Positions 31,325 to 38,209 of a stretch of 51,506 nucleotides of DNA are shown here, piece after piece. Position 1 is the first letter of the stretch. Every line of letters begins with the position of its first letter. The DNA comes from an uncultured Verrucomicrobiota bacterium. GTDB lineage: Bacteria; Verrucomicrobiota; Kiritimatiellia; RFP12; UBA3636. Below the pieces are notes generated by a model. That model was not told the origin of the DNA and made no database searches. It saw only the letters and a list, made by a program, of their open reading frames with translations. A program made the translations under genes and the position numbers. The stretch spans positions 1 through 51,506 of the forward strand of contig CAMNCG010000002.1 of the NCBI GenBank assembly GCA_946534105.1, given 5' to 3'.

Positions 31325-31875
31325 AGAGCCCCGGCGAACCCTGCCGCGGGAACGTCGTTCTCGTCCGGCGCATCCCCTCCCCCGCCGGGGAATTGATGCT
31401 CGGCGACTTCCGCGGCGAGGTCGCACTCTGCGACTGGACGGAGGGCCGGCGCCGGGGCGCGAACGCGCGGCGCGTGCAAAGGACCCTCGACGCGGCATTC
31501 GAGGAGGGCGACTCGCCGCTGCTGCGGCGGCTGCGAGAGGAACTCGGCGAATACTTCGCAGGTAGGCGGCGCGCCTTCGACCTGCCCGTGCGCTACACCG
31601 GCACACCGTTCGAGGCGCGCGTGTGGGACGAGCTGCGCCGCATCCCCTACGGCGGAACGATCACCTACGGCGAGCTCGCGCGGAGAGTCGGCAACCCCTC
31701 CGCCGCACGCGCCGTGGCGGGCGCCAACGCGCGCAACCCCATTTCAATCCTCGTCCCCTGCCACCGCGTCGTGGCGGCCGGCGGACCTGGCGGCTACGGC
31801 GGAGGCCTCGCCGCGAAGCGCACACTGCTGGCCGTCGAACGCTCCGCGGCCGGACGCATGACCAAAGATGTGTAG
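31321..31875 (+). CDS. ogt: methylated-DNA--protein-cysteine methyltransferase
   Basis: The active-site motif ILVPCHRVV is present, preceded by IPYGGTITYGELARRVGNPSAARAVAGANARNP. There is an ATGA overlap with the activator gene stop. Confidence 0.9.
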   Translation: MKSPGEPCRGNVVLVRRIPSPAGELMLGDFRGEVALCDWTEGRRRGANARRVQRTLDAAFEEGDSPLLRRLREELGEYFAGRRRAFDLPVRYTGTPFEARVWDELRRIPYGGTITYGELARRVGNPSAARAVAGANARNPISILVPCHRVVAAGGPGGYGGGLAAKRTLLAVERSAAGRMTKDV

Positions 31876-32225
31876 AATGCGCAACCCAGACCTGCCACTC
31901 GTTCTGCACACGACGAGGAAAAGATGCCAGAACCGCCCGCGCGGTCGGGACATGCGCGTTTTTGTCATGCGATTTTTATCGCTTGATTCTTTGCCATGAT
32001 TTTCGTATCTTCTCGCCGCATCGGAAACAACCATGGTCATCAACAGCGTCCCGATTTCGAGGTCGGGCCGGACCTTTTTCGAGGTCGCAAAACTGGCGGA
32101 GAAGCCGGCGAGGGGTTCCTCTTCCAGAACAACTTCACGAAGTTCCGCCTAGTCGACGTTGAGGCGCGCCCGCCGGTCAGTTCCCGTGATCTCCTCCCCC
32201 GAAACCTGACACACAACCCGCTTCT

Positions 32226-32253
32226 CGCGGGCGCGGCGAAGCCGCCTCCCGCG
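32226..32253. repeat. GC-rich REP-like hairpin, copy 7
   Basis: cgcgggcg-cggc-gaa-gccg(c)-ctcccgcg has the same architecture as the 6.1-12.7 kb copies, with one mismatch. Confidence 0.6.
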
Positions 32254-32273
32254 CGAAGCTCCCCCAACCTCCC

Positions 32274-32711
32274 ATGGGCACCTCCTACTGGCCTCTCTTC
32301 CTGATCGTCGGATCGAACGTCTGCTACCACCTCTCGTCGAGGTTCGCGTCGCGGACGGCGAACCCGTTCGCCGCGCTCGTCGCCGCCTACCTCGTGGGCG
32401 CGGCCGGCGCGCTCGCGCTGTATTTCGCGACGGAGCGCACGGGACTCGGCTCCCTCGTCGCGCAGGCGAAGGAGCTCAACGGGGCGAACCTCCTGCTCGG
32501 TCTGGCGATCATCGGGCTCGAGGGCGGATTCCTCTACCTCTACCGCGCCGGCTGGAGCGTCAGCGTCGGCCCGATCCTCTCCTACACCGGCCTCGCCGTC
32601 GCGCTGCTCGCGATCGGCGCGCTCTTCCTCGGCGAGCACGTCGGCTGGCGCCAGGTCCTCGGCGTCGCCCTCTGCCTCGCCGGCATCGCTCTCGTCACCT
32701 CGAAGGGGTGA
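32274..32711 (+). CDS. small EamA/DMT-like membrane protein
   Basis: A 145-aa protein of four to five hydrophobic helices. The C-terminal ...LFLGEHVGWRQVLGVALCLAGIALV is typical of an EamA-domain end. Confidence 0.55.
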   Translation: MGTSYWPLFLIVGSNVCYHLSSRFASRTANPFAALVAAYLVGAAGALALYFATERTGLGSLVAQAKELNGANLLLGLAIIGLEGGFLYLYRAGWSVSVGPILSYTGLAVALLAIGALFLGEHVGWRQVLGVALCLAGIALVTSKG

Positions 32712-32724
32712 CTCCGCTGCGGCC

Positions 32725-32931
32725 ATGAGCGCCCTCCTCTCCGAAATCGCCCGCCTCGTCTCCGAACACCCCGTCGCGCAGGCGGTGGGCCTCGTGGCGC
32801 TGTGCATCACGGTGCTGAGCTACCAGGCCCGCACGACGCGCGGCATCGCCCTGCGCCATGGCGGCGTCCTCGAAATGCTGGGCGTCTACGTCCTCTATCT
32901 CTGGACCCGTGGTGGGAAGGACGCGCCATGA
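32725..32931 (+). pseudogene. 5' fragment of a YgjV-family gene
   Basis: About 95 nt (32763-32856) are about 90% identical by eye to 15462-15551 of the intact ygjV-like gene (..HPVAQAVGLVALCITVLSYQARTTRGIALR). Similarity then stops and the ORF ends after 68 codons. Confidence 0.6.
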
Positions 32932-33037
32932 CCCGTCTTCACCGAGAGTTCCCGGCAAAGGCGGGGGATTTCTATCGGAGGGCTCCGCGAACGACGGTTC
33001 GTGGACACGCCTAGCCGATTTTCGTAGAATCCCCCCC

Positions 33038-34084
33038 ATGAAACACGCCACGCCCTTCGTCTCCCGCTTGCCTTTGTCGCTCGGTCTCGCCGCCGCGCTC
33101 CTCGCCGGTTGCGCCGCGCCACGTCCCGAGTCCGGGCCGGCGGCGGGCGGCGCCGTGCCGCTCGTGATCCTCGACACGGACGTCGGATCGTCGACCGACG
33201 ACCTCTTCGCCCTCGAGATGCTCTACCGCTACGAGGACGCCGGGAAGTGCCGGCTGCTTGGCGTCGTGGTCGACCGCCCGGGCGAGGCGAACGCGGCCTT
33301 TGTCGACGCGATGAACGCCTGGGCCGGCCGCCCGGAGCTGCCCGTCGGTCTCGTGCGCCGCGGTCCGGCGGACACGCAGGTCTTCATCGACTACGCGCGC
33401 GTGGCGGACGCGACGGACGCCGGCGGCCGCCCGCTCTTTCCCCGCACCGCGCCCGGCGACCGGCCCGACGGCGCGGCGCTCTACCGGCGACTTCTCTCGG
33501 ACGCGCCGGACGGAAGCGTCACGGTCTGCTCGATCGGCTTCCTCACCGCGCTCGCGCAGCTGCTGGAGTCGCCGCCGGACGGCCTCTCGCCCCTCGGCGG
33601 CGCGGAGCTCGTCCGGCGCAAGGTCGCGCGCGCGGTCGTGATGGGCGGCGCGTTCGCGGACGGCGCCGAGCCCGAATACAACTTTGCGATGGACCCGGAG
33701 TCGGCGCGGACGTTCTTCCGCCTCTGGCCGCGGGACGTGGAGATCGTCTTCTCCCCCGCGGAGGTCGGCGACGCGATCGACTACCCGCCCGCGCTAGTCG
33801 TTTCCGACCTAAGCCGGACCGACCGCCACCCGATCAAACAGGTCTACCTGCAGTGCAACTGCGACACCGGCCAGCGAATGTGGGACGCCCTCGCCGCCGT
33901 CCAGGCCGTGGAGGGCGACGCCGCGTTCTCATTGGGCGGCCGCGGCACCGTCGAACTCTCGCCCGACGGTCGCACCGCCTTCGTCCCGTCCCCGTCCGGC
34001 AACTGCCGCCGCCAGCTCCCCGGCTCCCCCGCCTGGAACGCCGCCATGCTCGAAAAGATCCGGACGTTCAACCAGACGAGGTAG
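33038..34084 (+). CDS. nucleoside hydrolase-family lipoprotein
   Basis: The signal/lipobox is LAAALLAGCAAP. VILDTDVGSSTDDLFAL fits the IUNH N-terminal DxDxxxDD motif. Confidence 0.7.
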   Translation: MKHATPFVSRLPLSLGLAAALLAGCAAPRPESGPAAGGAVPLVILDTDVGSSTDDLFALEMLYRYEDAGKCRLLGVVVDRPGEANAAFVDAMNAWAGRPELPVGLVRRGPADTQVFIDYARVADATDAGGRPLFPRTAPGDRPDGAALYRRLLSDAPDGSVTVCSIGFLTALAQLLESPPDGLSPLGGAELVRRKVARAVVMGGAFADGAEPEYNFAMDPESARTFFRLWPRDVEIVFSPAEVGDAIDYPPALVVSDLSRTDRHPIKQVYLQCNCDTGQRMWDALAAVQAVEGDAAFSLGGRGTVELSPDGRTAFVPSPSGNCRRQLPGSPAWNAAMLEKIRTFNQTR

Positions 34085-34339
34085 AAGCGCCTCCCCTACG
34101 GCGAAACGTTTGCCTGCGGCGAGGTCGCGGAAGGAAGATTGCGTCGGAGCGCAGACGGCCGCCGAGAAAAGGGCGGCGAAGAGGGGGCATTTGAGTTGTG
34201 CTTTCATTTCGAGATTCCCTACTTGACGGGTCTTGAGGTTAGAGGTGAGAGGTTGAAGGTTGGAGACTGCAAGGCGCAGGTTTCACGTCCCACGGGTCGC
34301 AAGGGTCCCGGGTCCCAATCGGCGGCCGGGAAAACGCGC

Positions 34340-34380
34340 CCACCCCGCCACGCGGCGCGGAGCGTCGCGTGGCGGGGTGG
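34340..34380 (-). terminator. 15-bp-stem hairpin followed by TTTTCCC on the minus strand
   Basis: The hairpin is ccaccccgccacgcg-N11-cgcgtggcggggtgg. On the minus strand it is followed by gcgcgTTTTccc. It lies about 165 nt downstream of the DUF2442 stop. Confidence 0.6.
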
Positions 34381-34545
34381 CGATGGAAGGCGGAAAAGTT
34401 AGAGGCCTCTACCCCCTGTTAATAACTTTCCGCGCGGCCGCGGCGGGCGCGGCCAGAACGGCGGAAGCGGTGGCGGGGCGGCAGGGCATGGGAGGGATCA
34501 GGAATCAGTGGCCGCTTTGCGGCCGAAGGGGTCGGGGAGTGGGGA

Positions 34546-34968
34546 TTAGACGTTGTGGGGCGAAGGGGCGGGTTCGGCGACGGAGAGCGGAGGCATGGCG
34601 ACATCCGGACAGGACGCGGAGGCGGCGGGAACGCTCCGCAGATAACAGGCGTCCCTGCAGATGTCGATCCGGTTCTCCCAGTGGACGGAACTGTCAATGG
34701 AAGGATCGAGGTCCCAGGCGACGTTGCCGTTCTCGTCCAGAAAAACGCGGGCGAAATCCGCAGGAGACCGAAGCGCATTGAAAAGGGAACCGGTTCCGAA
34801 TTCGGGTTTGCAGTCCAGAATGCGGCGCTCTCCGTTGTCGAACACGAGAACAAGCGTGTAGTCCGGCCCGGCCGCGACGGATGCAATCTTCCGGACGCCG
34901 CCCGCAAAATAGCGTGCGGCATCCGGCGAGAAGCCGTTTTGCGCATACCAATCCTCCGTGCGAACCAT
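34546..34968 (-). CDS. DUF2442-family protein
   Basis: ...LVLVFDNGERRILDCKPEF..GSLFNALRSPADFARVFLDENGNVAWDLDPSID fits the DUF2442 pattern. GGAGGG lies 4 nt upstream of the ATG, 9 nt after the DUF4160 stop. Confidence 0.65.
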   Translation of the reverse strand: MVRTEDWYAQNGFSPDAARYFAGGVRKIASVAAGPDYTLVLVFDNGERRILDCKPEFGTGSLFNALRSPADFARVFLDENGNVAWDLDPSIDSSVHWENRIDICRDACYLRSVPAASASCPDVAMPPLSVAEPAPSPHNV

Positions 34969-34977
34969 GGAACCCTC

Positions 34978-35238
34978 CTACCGGATCGGATCGATCGGAA
35001 ACAGCGCCTGCTTCGACTCCGCCAGACGCCAATCGTCCATCAGTTCGTCTCGCCGCAGGACGGCCCAGGCGAGAACCATCTTCTTCTGGCTGGGCGGAAG
35101 GTCGCCGGCCATCGGTTCCGCGTTTTCGATCAGAACGGCCATCTCCATGCCACCATAGGTGGCGTGGAAATGGGGCGGGCTGTGATCGTCCCAGTTGATG
35201 AAGATCCTGATTCCCCGGAAGAAGCAGATGATGGGCAT
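34978..35238 (-). CDS. DUF4160-family protein
   Basis: MPIICFFRGIRIFINWDDHSPPHFHATYGGMEMAVLI...GDLPPSQKKMVLAWAVLRRDELMDDW is the DUF4160 signature (DH.PPHFHA.Y). Confidence 0.8.
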   Translation of the reverse strand: MPIICFFRGIRIFINWDDHSPPHFHATYGGMEMAVLIENAEPMAGDLPPSQKKMVLAWAVLRRDELMDDWRLAESKQALFPIDPIR

Positions 35239-35322
35239 GACACACCTCGTCGCACGCGAACGCCGCGGATTCTACCATACCGCGTCCGGCGGAACAAGCG
35301 CAAAAACGGCGCGCGCGATTGA

Positions 35323-35386
35323 GGAAAGTTGCAGAATGTAATGGCGCACCCCGGGACGGGTGCGCCATTACATTCTGCAACTTTCC
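35323..35386. repeat. perfect 29-bp inverted repeat with 6-nt spacer
   Basis: ggaaagttgcagaatgtaatggcgcaccc-cgggac-gggtgcgccattacattctgcaactttcc has no mismatch. It lies in the divergent region between 35238 (minus) and 35530 (plus). Confidence 0.9.
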
Positions 35387-35411
35387 GGCTCGAATATTGG
35401 GCAGATTGCGC

Positions 35412-35440
35412 TTGATTCCGCCGAAGCCGCGCGGTAGGAT
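35412..35440 (+). promoter_or_regulatory. sigma-70-like promoter TTGATT-17 nt-TAGGAT (second copy of the duplicated promoter/leader)
   Basis: -35 is at 35412-35417 and -10 at 35435-35440. It is embedded in 35391-35535, which aligns to 29616-29758. Confidence 0.55.
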
Positions 35441-35529
35441 CTGCGGCATCGCGGATGCATGCAGGGGCGAATGCGCGAAGAGTGGCGCGGAACTTGCCGG
35501 GAAAACGGAAACGAAAGGAACAAACAGCC

Positions 35530-36210
35530 ATGAACAGATTCCACGAAAGCGTACTCCTCTACGTCGGGCTGCCGGCGATTCTGGCGTTCCTGCCGCAGTG
35601 GATCGAGCGGCAATGGGGAATCCGGATGAACGCATGGGTCGTGCCGACTCTCCTGATTGCCTCGGCCATCGCGTTCGCCCACCTCCGGCACACGGGACTG
35701 CTTGCGCGGGGCGAGGCGACGCGTCTGCGCGGCGTGTCCGGGCGCGACTGGATCCGGATGCTCTCCCGATTCGCCCTCTGCGCGGCGCTTTTGACCTCGC
35801 TTCTCGCGCTCTACCATCCGAATTGGATTCTGTCGTTTCCGCGCCGCAATCCGCGCTTTTGGCTCGTCGTCTGCATCGCCTATCCGATTGTTTCCGTGCT
35901 GCCGCAGGGTGTGCTCTACCGCGCGCTCTGGGAAAAGCGCTATGCGGCCGGTTTTTCGAGAGCCGCTTCGCTCCTCATCGGCGCAGCCTTCTTCGCCTGG
36001 GCGCACGTCGTTTTCCGCAACGTCTGGGCCTGCGTGTTCACGTTCATCGGCGGACTCTTCTTCCTCACGACCTACCGCCGCACCGGCTCACTCCTCTTTT
36101 CCGGCGTCGAACACGCGCTCTACGGCGACTTTCTCTTCACGATCGGCTGGGGAGCGTTCTTCTACGAAGGCACCCAGGCGGCGGTCCGCGCGGCTGCGGG
36201 AACGCCCTGA
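35530..36210 (+). CDS. CPBP-family (CAAX protease/Abi-like) membrane protein, motif 1 apparently degenerate
   Basis: The protein is multi-TM. Motif 2 is FFAWAH and motif 3 is VEHALYGD. Where EExxxR is expected the sequence reads PQGVLYR. Confidence 0.6.
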   Translation: MNRFHESVLLYVGLPAILAFLPQWIERQWGIRMNAWVVPTLLIASAIAFAHLRHTGLLARGEATRLRGVSGRDWIRMLSRFALCAALLTSLLALYHPNWILSFPRRNPRFWLVVCIAYPIVSVLPQGVLYRALWEKRYAAGFSRAASLLIGAAFFAWAHVVFRNVWACVFTFIGGLFFLTTYRRTGSLLFSGVEHALYGDFLFTIGWGAFFYEGTQAAVRAAAGTP

Positions 36211-36233
36211 ACCAGATCGAACACGGTTGCGCG

Positions 36234-36980
36234 CTAGGCCCGTTTCTCCCAGCGTCCGACGACGGGGGTGCCCCAGAGGCGGGAGAGCCCCAGCGCGCGG
36301 CAGACGCCTTCGAGAAAAGCCGACAGCGGCCTGCACTTGAGTGCGCGATGCACGACCATCGGCAGGAAGAACTGCCCCACGCGCCCGGTCATGACGTAAC
36401 CCGAAGCGGCGAAGGCGTCGCGCACCTCGCGGTGCTTGAAAAGCGTCCAGGTGCGCGTGTTCTTCTCAAACTTCTTCTTCGCCTTGAAGAGCGCCGGCGC
36501 GATCGCGTTGAGGCTCTGGCTCGTGGGATAGTCCGTCACGACGATGCCGCTCGACACGCGGCACATCTCCTTGACGAGCGTCGGCCAGACCGAGCAGTGC
36601 GTGAGCATGCGCACCGCCACGACGGCGTCGAACGAGCCAGCGTCGTGCGGCAGGTCCACCACGTTACCGACCTCGAACGAAACCTTCCCCGCGTCCACGA
36701 GGTCGCGGATGCGGTGGCGGCAGCTCGGCGCCGACCCGATCACCGTCACCTTGTAGCCGGCCTCGGCGAGCGGGCGCGCGAGCTGGCCGTGCCCGCCGCC
36801 GACGTCGAGGATCGTCGAGCCCTGCGGAAGTCCCTGCAGAAGCGACAGCACGGCCTTTTCCTGCACGCGGAGCATCCATGCGCCCGTGGCGCCGCGAAAC
36901 CTCGTCGCGTAGTCGTCGTTTGAAGTGGCGATGTCGGCCGTTTCGGGAAACGGCGACGACGTGTCGAAATCTGGATCCAT
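36234..36980 (-). CDS. class I SAM-dependent methyltransferase
   Basis: Motif I is ILDVGGGHGQLARPLAEAGYKVTVIG, followed by FDAVVAVRMLTH. Confidence 0.8.
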   Translation of the reverse strand: MDPDFDTSSPFPETADIATSNDDYATRFRGATGAWMLRVQEKAVLSLLQGLPQGSTILDVGGGHGQLARPLAEAGYKVTVIGSAPSCRHRIRDLVDAGKVSFEVGNVVDLPHDAGSFDAVVAVRMLTHCSVWPTLVKEMCRVSSGIVVTDYPTSQSLNAIAPALFKAKKKFEKNTRTWTLFKHREVRDAFAASGYVMTGRVGQFFLPMVVHRALKCRPLSAFLEGVCRALGLSRLWGTPVVGRWEKRA

Positions 36981-37025
36981 CTCCCGGAGTTCCTTTCGAT
37001 CCGTGGACGAATGCGGAGCGGCGCG

Positions 37026-38102
37026 CTAGCGCTGCACCCGCGCGTTGCCGGCCCAGACGTCGAACACCTGCTTTTCGTCGGCCGGTTCGGCATAGTCGTT
37101 GAGGGATGACGCCGCGAGCACGCCGGACGCCCATCCGAAACGAAGGCATTTTTCGCCGTCCCATCCGTTCAGGAGTCCGTACAGAAGCCCGCCCGTGAAG
37201 CCGTCGCCACCGCCAATGCGGTCCAGGACGTCGATCTCGCGCGGCTCGGCGACGAACCAGCCGCCGTCCTCGCCGCGCAGAATGGCGCCCCAGAGGTGGC
37301 GCCCGGCGGAGACCACCTGACGCAGCGTGGTGGCGAACACGCGGGCGTTCGGAAACTGGCGCGCGACGGTTTCGATCATGCCCTTGAAGCTTTCGATCTT
37401 CGCGGAAAGGTCCTTGCCGCCGGCTTCCGGCCCCTTCACGCCGAGGCAGAGCTGGAAGTCCTCCTCGTTGCCGACGAGGATGTCCGCCGCGGAGGCGATC
37501 TCGCGGAACGCCGCGGCGAGTTCCTCCTCGCGTCCCTTCCAAAACGTCGCGCGGTAGTTGAGATCAAACGAGACCGGCGTACCATGCGCCTTGGCGGCCC
37601 TGGCAAGGGCGAGGCACGTCTTCGTCGTCTGGGGGCTCATCGCGGCGATAAGGCCGGAAAGGTGCAGGATGCCGACCCCAAGGCGGCCGAAAATCTCCTC
37701 CGCGTCGTAGTCCGCGGCATCGAGCGTGCGCCCGACTTCGCCGGCGCGATCGTTCCACACGCGCGGCGCGCGGAGACCGAAGCCGGAATCCGCGACGTTG
37801 AACTGGTGACGGTAGCCCCACGGGCCGCCCTGCGGCACGTCCGGACCAACGTATGCGATGTTGCGGGCGCGGAGCTGCGCCTTGATGAACGCGGCGAGCG
37901 GGCTGCCCTCGACGAACCGCGTCAGGACGAGGCATTCGCGCCCGAGGGACGACGCGACGTTCAGCACGTTCGTCTCCGCGCTCGTCGCCTGCATGTAGAA
38001 ACGGTTGGAATGGTGGACCGCCATGCGGTCCTCGGGCGTGATGCGGAGCCCCATGCTGCTCGGGCACGCGATCGCGTATTTGGCGTCTTTGCGGATGTTC
38101 AT
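37026..38102 (-). CDS. PfkB-family sugar kinase (ketodeoxygluconokinase-like)
   Basis: The C-terminal PfkB signature DRIGGGDGFTGGLLYG is present, with ribokinase-like overall length. The substrate is not determinable from sequence alone. I use the ATG at 38102. Confidence 0.75.
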   Translation of the reverse strand: MNIRKDAKYAIACPSSMGLRITPEDRMAVHHSNRFYMQATSAETNVLNVASSLGRECLVLTRFVEGSPLAAFIKAQLRARNIAYVGPDVPQGGPWGYRHQFNVADSGFGLRAPRVWNDRAGEVGRTLDAADYDAEEIFGRLGVGILHLSGLIAAMSPQTTKTCLALARAAKAHGTPVSFDLNYRATFWKGREEELAAAFREIASAADILVGNEEDFQLCLGVKGPEAGGKDLSAKIESFKGMIETVARQFPNARVFATTLRQVVSAGRHLWGAILRGEDGGWFVAEPREIDVLDRIGGGDGFTGGLLYGLLNGWDGEKCLRFGWASGVLAASSLNDYAEPADEKQVFDVWAGNARVQR

Positions 38103-38209
38103 CTCGGGTCTCTTCGGTTTTCCGGGCGGCCTTTTCCGCCCCGTGCCCCAGCAGAATACCCCAAACGCCCCGGAAATTCCACCACCTTGCCAAGCAGGCT
38201 TATCCCCCT

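Noticed and set aside
33929-34207. 92-aa minus-strand ORF with a signal-peptide-like start (MKAQLKCPLFAALFSAAVCA).
   Set aside because: Two thirds of it overlaps the 3' end of the nucleoside-hydrolase gene on the other strand and turns into GC-driven low complexity. It is possibly a remnant of a truncated gene, but not supportable as a CDS.
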